A DNA stretch of 64,000 bases from Salpingoeca rosetta (lineage: Eukaryota > Protista > Choanoflagellata): assembly GCA_033442325.1 (NCBI GenBank), contig JAWQFM010000001.1, forward strand, positions 3,130,430-3,194,429, read 5' to 3'. Position 1 is the first letter of the stretch, and each line of letters starts with the position of its first letter. Position numbers and translations under genes: made by a program. Of this stretch, positions 19,598-34,756 are shown piece after piece. The notes beneath the pieces are model-generated. The model had not been told where the DNA came from. It saw only the letters and a list, made by a program, of their open reading frames with translations, and did no database searches.

Positions 19598-19836
19598 CTT
19601 CTTTGCTGGTGCTCGACAAACAATGTGCTCGTGGCTGGCACAGCTGTGGTGCTTGGATGTGCTTCGATGAGTGTTTGCAGAGGGTCAGGAGAGGCAGCGT
19701 GCTGTGGTGGTGCTTTGGAGGTTGTGGAGCGAAAATGTGGTGTGGTTGTGGACGATTTGAGAACATCTTCTTCTATTTTTCCGCAGGCCAAGCACAAAAG
19801 AGGAAGGACGACGACACAGCACGAAGCAGAGCTGAC

Positions 19837-22705
<2,869 letters not shown>

Positions 22706-22812
22706 TGCACTAGATGCCCAGTGCGAACACGAAGCTGTATAATGTGTGTGGCGTGTGTGTAATGTGGTTGTGTGTGCGTGGGTGTCATGTGGGTGCGTGG
22801 GTGCGTGTATAA

Positions 22813-22918
<106 letters not shown>

Positions 22919-23701
22919 AAACTTGTGCCGTTACATTCTTGTCCTTTTCTTCTTCCCCCTCCTTCCATATTATTCCTCCGCTTTGGTCTTCGTAATAAAC
23001 GCAATGAACGACTTGGCACATTCATTTTCCTGCATTATTGGGACGTGCATTCGCCCGCGTTGGCCGCAGTGTTTATTGGAGTATTGGAGAAGTGTTTTGT
23101 GGTGCGGTGGGGTGCATGGTTAGGGCGCACAGACAAAAACAGGCAACGGCAGTTGCACAAGCACAAGCACAAGCACACCCACACAGCAACAGCGGTAGTA
23201 GTGCCCAACTATGACAGGAGTGACAGTGGCACTGGTGCCGTGGCGTAAGAGCTTGACCGTCAAAGGAGCGTGCCAGCACTTAGGGGTGGAACATCACGTG
23301 CATCAAGCACAACACAACAAAACCACGCACGACACGAAGAACGGCAGGAAAGCAAGCCCACACAGCAACAAAAGAAAACTTGGCGTCTCATTCAAAACAC
23401 CACACAGTGCTATTTGGTGGGTGGGGCATGAGAGAGTAGCATGCAAGCACAGAAAGAAGTGCAAGGACACAAAGAAACGCGCAAAGGACAAGAACAACCC
23501 CCAACGTTTGGGGTGTGGCAGAGCATGCACACTGCATGCGCACAGGGAAAAGACTACGACAGTGGTCACTGCCAGAGATGAGCGGGTGGAAAGGACTCAA
23601 CACACCCACTTGAGAACAAACACAACCAAAACAACACAACAGGCCAATCTGCGACACCACACGTGCGCGTTTGTCGCGTGTGTTGCAGCATCGGCCATGC
23701 T

Positions 23702-24630
23702 TTAGATGATGTTGCTGCCGCCATTGTCAGAGCCGGCAAACTTGGGGTCGAGCACGTCATCGCCCGCCATCATGTCAGCCAGGGTCTCGCCAGAGGAAGA
23801 TGGCGCCGACGACGACTGGGATGTGGCGGCGGTGGCGGCGGTGACGGCAGCCCGGCCAATGGCACTGCCAATGCTGGCAATGTCAACGTCGCCAACAACG
23901 GGCGGGAGAAGCGTGTCCGAGAGCGACTTGTCGCCTGTGCTCTCCGGCTTTGGTGGCGGGGGGCGGATGTGCAGGTTAACTTCCTCCCTGAACTCCTCCG
24001 GTGTCAGCGCCGCGATAACGCTCTCATGCAGCGGCTGGTCGCACGTGAAGTTGTCAAAGTACTCGTGCGGCTCAAACACGCGGAAGTTGTGCAGCTGGGC
24101 CGCAATGTTCTCCAGCTCATCCAGCACAGGATGGTCCGCGTCCACGTTGCCGGACTTGTCATCCTCCTTGCGAGTTGTCGTTGTTGTTGTCGTCGTTGTT
24201 GTCGTTGTTGTGGTTGTGTGGTCCTTCGTCACGAGAGAGGAGAGCGCCTCGCCCACGGCCTTGGCGGGTGAAGACGACGACGACGACTTGGAGGAAAAGA
24301 AGCCTGGGTGGTCGTGCTCCCACTCCTCCGGCGTCACCGAGTGCACAATAAACGGCTCCACCTGGTCTTGGCCAAAGTCGTCGTTGTAGTAGTGCGGCTC
24401 AATGGCGTGCGACGTGTGCATGTCTGCCAGGAAGCTCTCAAACGCCTCCTCCACACGCTCCAGCACGCTTTCGTGCAGCTCGTCATCATTGTCGTTGCTG
24501 CCGCTGTTGCCACCGCTGCCCTTCTTCACTCCTTCGCCATCGCCCTTGCTCGCCACTTCAGACTGCTGTGGGTCTGAGGGTGGGGCGGTGCCGAAGAAGA
24601 CGGGCGCAGCGGCGCGGTTCGGGCCCTCGG

Positions 24631-24709
<79 letters not shown>

Positions 24710-25870
24710 GGAGCTGGCGTTGGCTTCGTTTGGGTAGATGATGGTGGACGGCGCGACAATAAACGGCACCGTGTCGTCAAACTGGAAGCGCGCGCCTTCA
24801 TCAAAGGAGCCTTGCTTGGAGCCGTCCTGCGAGAGTGCAGGAGTGGCCGGCGTGGCGGCGGTTGGCGATGCGGTCACCTCGTCCACCGACGCCTGACGCG
24901 ACGCCGACGGCGATGACGAGGACGATGATGGCCACCACCACCACGACACGCCACCGGTAGTCTTCTGCGTCTCTGTTGTCGATGATGACGATGGCACAAT
25001 GGGCTTCGAGGTGGACGACGTGAAGGCGTATGTCTTGGAGCGCGGGCGCGTCTTCTTCTTCTCGCTGCTGTCGCCGGCATCATTCTCGCTACCGATAATC
25101 TCGCTGATGGTGCTGACGGTGGAGGTTGTGCTGGCGTCGCTCTCGCTGCGCTGGCGCCCCTGCTTGTGCGCGAGCTTCTCCGTCTCGTTCAGCATGCGCA
25201 GCGTCTCCGACAGCACCGTGTTGTGATGCTGCTCGTGGTGGGGTTGATCGCCGCCCGCCTGCTGCTTGATTGCGCCGGTGGACGCTGCCTTGGCGTCGCT
25301 GCGCGCGTCGGACATGCCGAGGATGCGATCAAGGTCCATGTCATCCACGAGCTCGCTTACGTCGCCAGTCTCGATGGGCTCCAGCTCCTGCAGCTGGTGC
25401 CCGAGGGACGACTTGATGCGGCTGAGAAAGTCTTCGCGCTCCTCCGGCGTCCATGTGCGCAGGTGCTCCTTGTGCGGCTCGGACAGGGGCTCGTTGTTGA
25501 TGATGCGCCGCTCAATCTCTTCCAGGTCCACCTCTGCCGGCTCCTCCTCCTCGGGTTGGTCCAGGCTGAAGTTGTCCTCGAAGCTGTGTGGCGCCATGGC
25601 GTGTGCGTGCAGCACGTGGCGCAGGGCGGCTGTCACCAGCGACGAACGCCGCTTGGGTGGCTCCCCGCCAGGCTGCGAGGGGTTGCCGGCCGGTGCTGGC
25701 GGTGGCTGTTGCACTTGCGCCTGCCCACCCTCCATCTTGGCGGTGATCTTGCGGCCCTGTTGCTGCTGTTGTTGTTGTCGGTGGTGGTGGTGGTGGTGAC
25801 GGCGATGGGGCTCCGTGTGGGCAGTTGGGTGGAACGCTTCGTTGATGGCAACCGCTTCCAGTGCCTCCAT
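23702..25870 (-). CDS. Hypothetical low-complexity protein (~720 aa) with polyQ and three copies of a His/Asp motif; true 5' end uncertain
   Basis: Long open frame from ATG 25870 (MEALEAV) with coding-like composition. Upstream exons near the gap at 26171-26270 are possible. Confidence 0.75.
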
Positions 25871-26170
25871 TCCACAACAATGCAGTGCTTGTCCCCTGCG
25901 CCATGCAATGGTGTGTGTGTGTGTGTGTGTGCGTATGCAAGTGTGTGTGTGTGTGTGTGTGCGCAAGTGTGTGTGTGTGTGTGTGCAATGATGTGTGTGT
26001 GTGCGCAAGTGTGTGTGTGTGTGTGTGTGCGAGGGAGGGAGGGAGGGAGGAAGAAAAGGGGGCACTGTGCGTGAGATTTGAAGCCAATGGGCAAACGGTG
26101 GTCAAGGTAGGTGGTGGTGATGATGCCGCCGGCATTTGTGCAAAGCTGTTGTTGAGGTGGATGGGCGCTG

Positions 26171-26270
26171 NNNNNNNNNNNNNNNNNNNNNNNNNNNNNN
26201 NNNNNNNNNNNNNNNNNNNNNNNNNNNNNNNNNNNNNNNNNNNNNNNNNNNNNNNNNNNNNNNNNNNNNN
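26171..26270. other. Assembly gap (N run)
   Basis: 100 N. Confidence 1.
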
Positions 26271-26307
26271 AAGATGGCAAGCGACACAAGCTATTTGGGG
26301 GGCCATT

Positions 26308-26360
<53 letters not shown>

Positions 26361-27878
26361 GCACACACACAAGCACACACACAAGCACACACACAAACAC
26401 ACACACACACAAGCACACACAAGCACACACAAGCACACACAAACATACACGCCATCAACAAGCTCCGATCGCGGCATACCTTGGTCAACGCCGTGGGAAC
26501 GTTCGACTGCTGGGCTTCACTGGGGTAGATGCAGAGCTTTCTGTATTCGTTTCGTTCCTTGCTTGCTTGCTTGCTTGCTTGTATCGTCTGGCTCAGTCTC
26601 GGGTGCGTGCGTGTGCTTCGTCTGGCTGTGATATCTGGCAAGCGATAAATGATCTCCGTGCCTGGGAACAGCCTGGCAAGACCAGCAATGCAGGTGTGAT
26701 GGTGGCGGTTGCGTGAGCTGCTGGCGTGTCTTGTGCTTGTGTTCTATTGTTGTTGTTGTTTCGTGGGTGCGTGTGCTCATTGATGGCGTCTTTGCCATTG
26801 ATGATGAAGCAGGTGAGAGAGAGTGTGTGTGTAGGTTGTGTTGGAACCTTCTGGGTGGGTGACAGGGTGCAATAATGGAACGACAAACAAACATAGAACC
26901 GTGATCACTTGCGTGGATGTGAACAAGGCTGCCGCTCACCATGGTGCGCCACTGGCAGGTGGAAGCTTGAAAGACCTTGCTCATGTTGATGTTTGATTGC
27001 TTGATTGATTTGACCTCGTTTCAGAAAAACAAAACACAACCCACACACTGTGTTTGGATTGCTTATGCACCAGCATCAGTCAGAGCGCTCGTGCGTGCGT
27101 GTGTGTGTGTGTGTGTGTGCAGTGTGGCATGAGGTCTGTCTGTAAACACAAACACAAACAACAAACACAAACACAAACACAAACACAAACGAAAGCCTGA
27201 TGGCTACAGCAGCAATCATAGACCATCCATCCATTGGCCAATCAAATCCTTGGCGGCACACCCACAGTCAACTGAGTCAGCGAAAAATGACATGAGTCAG
27301 GTACAACGTATTGGGACGTGTCCGCGTTTAGCTGTCCTCACGACAAATCACAATATCTTCCACAGCACCACGTGTCCAAAAATTCCAGGAGATATACGAC
27401 CACGAAGCTGGCGTTTCGCCACAAGAAGCGCACAAGCTGTGTTGCCTGGCGTTTCGCTTTGGCCAAGCAAGAAAGGTTAAATGGACAGAGCGAGGAAAAA
27501 GATGGCTGTCGAGGGTTGTGCGTGGCGCAGTGTCTTGTGGAGGCGGTGTGAGGTCTTTGCTGCACCTCGTGCGTGGGCCTTATTGTTACCATTGCTTCTT
27601 CTTTTTCGCCTTGTCGTTGTGTTGGGTTGTGGCCTTCATCCTTCGGCTTGCTTTTGTCTCTCACTCTCACACACACACTCTCACACACTCACACACAAAA
27701 CCGTTTGCCACTTGCCATTTTTTCCCTTTTTGCTTTCCACAGCTTCCCTCTCTCGTCTCGTTTTGCCGCCCCCCCTCATCTCTCCCTCCTTGCGTACATC
27801 TCTCACAGCACGCACACACGCACACACGCACACACGCACACACGCTGATTCGCTTGTCCTGACGTTTTGATCTCAAAC

Positions 27879-30149
27879 ATGAGCAGCGCGACCACACCAG
27901 AGGCTTGCCAGCATGTGGCCACCCTCAACCCCCAGCAACTTCAGGACTGGCTCCAGCAGCAGGGCATGGACGAGCAAGCCAAGCACCTCAAGTCCCTGTC
28001 CGGCGCTATCATTGTGAACAAGGTCACAAGCAACCCAGCCTGGCTCGTCAAAACTCAGGGTATGCCCGTCCCCGTCGCTGAGAGCTTCGTTGCCGCCCTC
28101 GGCCTGGACACGGCCCCACTCAACAAGCTGTCCAAGAAGGCCGCCTCATCCTCCTCCTCCTCCTCCTCCTCCAAAAAGTCAAGCCGCAGCAGCATGCTCT
28201 CCCTCAGCTCCGTCGCGTCCGCCGTCCGCCAGTCCGTCACAGGACAAGACAGCGATTCCGGCGGGTCAAGTGAGGACGACGACGACGACGACGACGAAGA
28301 TGCCTCAAGCTCCGACGGCAGCAGCTCGGGCTCGGACAGCGAAGGAAAGAAGAAGACGAAAAGCAAGAAGAAGAAGGAGAGCGCAACCTCCGCCGCACTG
28401 AAGAGCGGGTTGAAGAAGTCCGTCCCCTTCTCCAAGTACGGCATCGCCGTCTACGAGGACATTACCGAGCGCATCGACCGCGTCCGCGACTCCATCAAGA
28501 AGAGCCTCAACAAGTTCACCAAGGACTTCCTGATCCTCTACCGATCCGCCCTCGTCAACGAGCTCCTGCGCCAGAGCGCGGCCGATAACGCAGCGCTGGA
28601 GGGCGCACCCACGGACAAGGTCCAGCGCCAGCTCGAGCAGGTGCCCGCCAGCGCCCTCTCAAAACGCCCGCTGCACATGGAGACCCTGGTGAAACGCGGC
28701 AACGTGCGCCACTCCTGGAAAGAGCGCCTCTTCGTGGTGCGGCCCGACCACGTCATCGCCTACTACGCCAGCGCAGACAACTACGCCGCCGGCGCCAAAC
28801 CAAAGGGAACCATCAACCTCTGCGGTTACGACATCGTGCGGGACCCAAACAAGCGCAAGATCGAAGTACGGGAGCAGCACGCCCGCCTCTTCGGTGGTGA
28901 TCCCCCGGACGACTACACCAAGTACGAGCCGCTCACCATCGAGTGCTATCACCGCGTCAAGCGCCGCTGGCTCATCAAGTGCAAGGACGAGGAGCAGTTT
29001 GAGCGCTGGCTCGACATCCTCACCACCTGCAGCCGCTTCGTGTCCACACGGTCCCTGCGTGACCCCGTGGAGTGTGCCGCCTTCGACAACGCCTCGCGCA
29101 ACTTGGCCAACCGCTTGAACGAGTTCCGCATTTACGGCAGTGAGATCGACATCCTGACAGACACCCTCGCCAACTACTACTGGCGCACCAAGATCGGCGA
29201 CGGGCTCTTCTCCAAGCTCCCCGGTGGTCCGGGCATTAAGGCAAAGGCCGCAGCAAGGGGCTTCAACAGCGTGTACGCGCTCACCAAGAGCGTGGTCACC
29301 TCAACCTGGCGCTCCAACATCTCCTCCATCGACCACGCCAACAAGAACCTCAAGTCCACCTTCCACACGGAGCTGGGCACCGCCCGCAGCGTGAAGAAGG
29401 AGCTCGTGGCGAAGGCGTCCAAGATCACTGAGCCAAAGGTCGGCGAGATGCGCACCACTGTCATCGTGCCGCTGGCCAACGCTGTCGCCGCCTATCTCCT
29501 GCCAAAGACGCAGGGGGCCCTGCGCTCCAGCGAGGTCATCCTGGACACAGAGACAGCCGCGTATTGCAAGCAGATCGCCGGTGGTGCCGACGCGTCGGCC
29601 TGCACCCTCGTCAACGTGACCCGCGACCTGAACAAGACGGCGCCCCTCATGCGCGCCTTCAAGGACATGGAGGCGGGGCTCTCCGATACAGGCATGGCCA
29701 GCCAGGTTCCTGCAGACACGCGCGAGGTTGCCGGCAACGTGCTCGAGGTCATCCGAGCCCTGCAACTCTCGGACATGGTGCTGAACATGCGCGAGAAGAC
29801 GCTCGCCAACCTCGCCAACGCAGCGTACACCTTCGAGACGCGGTTTAAGCAGGCTGGCCAGGCGCAGGAGTTGCACTCCTCCCTGCTAGCTCAGGTCAAG
29901 CAGGAGTACATGCATGATGCGCAATTGGACGCCGAGGACGTTGTGGCGGCGTTCATCGTCGAGTTGCTCAGCGCCTTGCTTGTGCAGCGTCTCAACACAC
30001 AGTGTAAGGACGACGTCGTTGTCCTGAGCGACATTGTTCCAGAGAACCTTCGCGAGTACCTAAACCCCGTCACTGTGTTTGAGGAAGGCATCCACGAGGA
30101 GTTCAAGACGGCTGCGGCGTCTGCCGTCGCCGCCGCTCGCGCCCACTGA
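27879..30149 (+). CDS. Niban/FAM129-like protein: SAM-like N-terminus, Ser/acidic linker, PH domain, helical bundle; intronless
   Basis: LVKRGNVRHSWKERLFVVRPDHVIAYY...GAKPKGTINLCGY...HRVKRRWLIKC...FERWLDIL is a PH domain with Niban-like flanks (F..LYRSALVN before; CAAFDNA...YGSEIDILTD after). Confidence 0.75.
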   Translation: MSSATTPEACQHVATLNPQQLQDWLQQQGMDEQAKHLKSLSGAIIVNKVTSNPAWLVKTQGMPVPVAESFVAALGLDTAPLNKLSKKAASSSSSSSSSKKSSRSSMLSLSSVASAVRQSVTGQDSDSGGSSEDDDDDDDEDASSSDGSSSGSDSEGKKKTKSKKKKESATSAALKSGLKKSVPFSKYGIAVYEDITERIDRVRDSIKKSLNKFTKDFLILYRSALVNELLRQSAADNAALEGAPTDKVQRQLEQVPASALSKRPLHMETLVKRGNVRHSWKERLFVVRPDHVIAYYASADNYAAGAKPKGTINLCGYDIVRDPNKRKIEVREQHARLFGGDPPDDYTKYEPLTIECYHRVKRRWLIKCKDEEQFERWLDILTTCSRFVSTRSLRDPVECAAFDNASRNLANRLNEFRIYGSEIDILTDTLANYYWRTKIGDGLFSKLPGGPGIKAKAAARGFNSVYALTKSVVTSTWRSNISSIDHANKNLKSTFHTELGTARSVKKELVAKASKITEPKVGEMRTTVIVPLANAVAAYLLPKTQGALRSSEVILDTETAAYCKQIAGGADASACTLVNVTRDLNKTAPLMRAFKDMEAGLSDTGMASQVPADTREVAGNVLEVIRALQLSDMVLNMREKTLANLANAAYTFETRFKQAGQAQELHSSLLAQVKQEYMHDAQLDAEDVVAAFIVELLSALLVQRLNTQCKDDVVVLSDIVPENLREYLNPVTVFEEGIHEEFKTAAASAVAAARAH

Positions 30150-30506
30150 ATCACTGAGGCTGAGTTGCCTGCGCTCTGTGGTTGTCCTGTGCTTGTGTTG
30201 CACCGTTCTGCTCCTTTTCGTCCCTACATCGGGTGTTTGTTTTGCTTCCAGTTAGGGTGTTTGATTTGATGGGAGCATGTTGCTTGCCTAAGTGGTGTTT
30301 CTGCCTTCCTAAAGATTCTGTGACACTGTGGGTTCGTTTACATGGATGGGTGGGTGGATGGGTGGTGCCCACGAAATACGAAACAAAAAAAAAAGTGCAA
30401 ACCAATGTGCTTGAAAGATATCGAACAGCAAACAAGAGTGCAAGCGATAAAACAGGCGACATCCGCACACACACACACACACAACAGATCAACCGCACTG
30501 AGAACC

Positions 30507-30558
<52 letters not shown>

Positions 30559-30593
30559 AACACACACACACACGCAAACACACAAGGAGGGCC

Positions 30594-33500
30594 TCATTCA
30601 TCTGGCAGCAGCAGCAGCGCAAACGGGTTTCCTTTGGCATGACCAGCGTCACTGGCGGCGTTCTTCGCTCGAGGGCTGTGTTTTCCACCACCTCCCTGCA
30701 GGCCTCCCTGCAGTGTTGGCGTTGCCGTTGCTGCCACTGCTTCAGCACCATCGCCAAGGCCACGTCCCTCCTCTTGCCTTTCCTCTTGCTGGCGCTGCTG
30801 CTTGCGGCGCTTGTCCGTGGCCTGCAGAAGTTCTTGGCACAAGTGCAGCCATGCCTCATCATGGCAGGGAAAGGCATCTGGGAAATGGCACAGCGTGCGC
30901 AGCGCATACCCGTCAACCACCTTGTGCGTCACCCACACCACGTCCAGGTCATGGCCAGGATGCACACTGCTGCGGTTGCTGCTGTCATGGTTGCTGTTGT
31001 TGTTGTTGTTGTTGTTCGTGCTGGTGTTGGTGATGCTGTCTGTGGTGCCATTGCCGGTGGGGGTGATGGTGGTGTTGATGGTGGTGTTGGTGGTGCTGCT
31101 GTCAGTTGGCGGTGTTGATGGCGTTGTCTCTCCTGTCACCAACACATTNNNNNNNNNNNNNNNNNNNNNNNNNNNNNNNNNNNNNNNNNNNNNNNNNNNN
31201 NNNNNNNNNNNNNNNNNNNNNNNNNNNNNNNNNNNNNNNNNNNNNNNNNNNNNNNNNNNNNNNNNNNNNNNNNNNNNNNNNNNNNNNNNNNNNNNNNNNN
31301 NNNNNNNNNNNNNNNNNNNNNNNNNNNNNNNNNNNNNNNNNNNNNNNNNNNNNNNNNNNNNNNNNNNNNNNNNNNNNNNNNNNNNNNNNNNNNNNNNNNN
31401 NNNNNNNNNNNNNNNNNNNNNNNNNNNNNNNNNNNNNNNNNNNNNNNNNNNNNNNNNNNNNNNNNNNNNNNNNNNCAACACGATCAGGGACTGCCCCTGC
31501 CCGTCGTTGGATGGCGTCGGATATGAAGCGGACCAGCGCCCGGTGCTGCAGCGAGCACAGCCGTCGGTTGACCTGTGCGCCCGCGCGGTGGTCGACAACA
31601 ACGGGCGCGTGCATGTTCACGTGCACATGCAGACGATGCGGCGCCCGTGATCGCCCGCCGCTGCTGCCGCCGCCGAGCGTGGTGCGGTGGCTGGCCAGAC
31701 CCAGCGCAAACACATTCCACTCGCGTCGCCTGCAGTACACATACGCTGTCAGGTACATGCCCAATCGCGTGCTGGTGATGGCAGCAGCATCCACGCCATC
31801 CAGCACGCGCAGGGCCGCCTGAAGTGAAAGCACCGTGTCCGGCAACGTCTGCAACGTCTGTTGCTGCGTTGGGTGTGTTAGCTCGCTGTTCAGCAGCACG
31901 CCGGCAAGGCAGTTGTTGATGTTGCATCCTGCATACTGCATGCAGCTGTGATGAAAGTTCGTGCGGTTGAGCGTTGTGGAGACGCCTCGAATGCTCTCGC
32001 GCACAAGAACAACAGACGCCACAGCACCCACTTGTTCTGCCGCGCTCCCCTCGTTCATCTCGCGTTGCGTTTCTTCCTCCCCTGCTTGTCTGTCGATTGT
32101 CGTCACGTGTTCCTCACTTGCGCCTTCCATCATTGTCTCGCCCACTGCTGCCTGCGCTTCCACATCGACATCCACCTCCCCACCCTCTGCCGTGCGCTCC
32201 TGCTGTTGCTCTTCACACACGTCATCTTCTACACCTCTTGCTGCCGTTGCTGCTGGTGATGCCTCATTCACCATCGTGTCAGCCATCACCTCCGCACTTG
32301 TTTCGACAGCACCCTCCTCGGCTGCACTCTCACCGTCCCTTTCAACAGCACCAACACCCTCAACACCTTCACCACCGTTGCCACCAGCATCTCCACCGCC
32401 ATTGCTATCAGCACCACGACCTCTATCGACAGCACCACGACCTCCATCACCACCATCACCATCGCCACCGCCCTCCCTATCGCCACCGACCTCTGCTGTT
32501 GCGGTCGGTGGTGGTCGTCGTCGTGCTTGCTCCTCTTGCTCAGCAAAGCAGGCTGCAACCAGCTGCGCGGCCTGAAGGACCGAAGGGCGCTTGAGTGCAC
32601 GCTGGTGCGTGCGGGCCGTGGTGTAGTCGTTGCCGGCAAGGCTGGCGACAACACACAGCTGCGGCCACGACGACAACCCAAGCCGCTGCAGCAGCGCCTC
32701 CCGACGAAACAGCTTGCACTCGATGCGCTCCTGTGAGTAATCGAAGCGCACGTGCGGCAGTGGCAAGTACCGGCACTTGTACATGAAAAAGTCAGAGTCG
32801 TTTGCCATCACGTAGCCGTACGCTTTCTGCCGTGCCACGGCCGCCACAAGCGCGTCTCCCTCGTGCGTCGCCATGATGACAGCCACCTTGGAGCCAAACC
32901 GATCCAGCAAGATGGACGTGAAGAAGTGCCACAAGCCAGGCGGCAGAATACAGGGGCCATCGGCCCCACGCTGGGAGTGGCCGTGATTGGATGGCCTTGC
33001 CCCTTGCCCTGCTGTGGCATGCTTCCGTGCTGCCCGCTTTCCCTGCTTTCTGTGCTGGTGGCGCCGGTGCTGGTGCTGGTGTTTCTGCTGTTTGTGGCGC
33101 GGAGCGCGGTGGCTCTGTCGTTGTTGTTGTTGGTGGTGGTGGTGCCGCGTGCCTTCGTCTTCGCGTGCGAGGCTGGAGCACATGGCACGTGCATGTTTTG
33201 CCAGCTGCAGCTGCCGGTCTTGCAGGGTGTCCTGCTTTGTGAGCGGCGCAGGCCCGTCCAACACAACAGTGACCGAGTCAAAGCACTTTGTGAGCAGGTC
33301 CATGCACTGCAGCACAGCGTATTTGAGGCCATCCCACTGGGCGTGCGGGTGCTCTGCCATGCTGGTGGCCTCTTGCACCAGCCGATACAGCAAGCCACCG
33401 CCATCCACAACCACACTGTTGCTGTTGCTGTTGCTGTTGCTGGTGTTGGTGTTGCTGTTGGTGGTGGTGGTGTTACTGCTGGTGGCGCTGGTGGCGGTTT

Positions 33501-33684
33501 CATCCTTTCCCACCTGCTTGCTCACCTCCTCTTGTGCTTGCTTGCCATCACATTCCGCAACCCTGCTACTGCTGTTGCTGCTGTTGTGGAAGACCACATC
33601 CTCGTACGCCTTCACCACCTCCACACCACCACCACAACCATCGTCCTCCTCTTCCACCACAGCGCGCAGTCCACGGATCCCCAT
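30594..33684 (-). CDS. ASTE1: Asteroid/ASTE1-like XPG/FEN1-family PIN nuclease, spanning an assembly gap
   Basis: MGIRGL start, VVVDG, VVLDG..K, HEGD, NDSDFF, SLAGNDY motifs. The segment 30594-31148 is assumed to be the C-terminus across the gap. A FAM120-type assignment is not excluded. Confidence 0.72.
31149..31475. other. Assembly gap (N run)
   Basis: N run inside the ASTE1-like gene. Confidence 1.
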
Positions 33685-34214
33685 AATTTCGTGCTGTCGT
33701 CGTCTTCCTCTTCGCTTGCTGCTTCTTGCGCAATGTGCTGCGTTTGAAACGCCTCGAACGCCTGCGATGACGTGGGTGTGAGCGAATGATCCAATCGGGG
33801 GCGTTTAAGCCTTGCTCGCTTCTTTTGCTTCTTGGGCTCTCTTTGTGACACGTCTGGTTTCTTGGAAAGCATCCTACATCGCCTCGTGATTGCATTCAAC
33901 GAAGCAGCATGGTGCGCGTGTGTGTGTGTGTTTCTCCCTCTCAGAGCTTACATTAACGCGCATGAAGAAGCGATGAGCGAAGCGAGGAAGTGGTGCTTTC
34001 GTGGCATCTCGTCATTTTCTCCTTGCTCTAACCACTTAGGCCGCTGTTAACGCTGGTGTTGCACGCCACCGTGTCCCCTCTCTTCCTTATCTTCCCTCGC
34101 TTCCCTTTCCTGCTAACTATTGCTCTTCCTCTTCCTGTATCACCACCATCGTCACTTGCCGTCGTCGTTCGTCATCGCTCGCCCTGACGACGAAGCGTGC
34201 AGTGCAGCAGCAGG

Positions 34215-34693
34215 ATGGTGGTGAAGCGGTCTTGCAGACGCAGCCGGGTGCTTGAGGTGGTTGTTGTGCTGCTGGCAGCGATGGCGGTGGATCTGCAACA
34301 GCAAAGACCCTTGGTTGTAACTGGTGCGAGCACCAAAGAGAACAGTAACGGGGCGAAGCGCGTCGCTGAACCCCCGACCACCACCACCACCGGCAGTCAC
34401 CCCATCGGCTACATTCTTGTTGAAGTGCGGCATCCCGTGCTTGTTGAGGAACTGGCGGTGATTCAGGCAGCAGCATCATACGCGGTGGATGATTTGCCAG
34501 ATGCACCCGCATCAACACTGCAGGTGCAAGTGATCGACGCCACAACCATCGCTACCGAGCGTAGCGATGATGATGGGGATGGTGGTGGTGGTGGTGATGG
34601 TGGTGGTGGTGGCAGCGGCGGCGATGGTGATGATGATCGCAGCAGCACCCTCTGCATCACCACCAACATGACAGCCCTCAATATCACCCAGAC

Positions 34694-34756
<63 letters not shown>

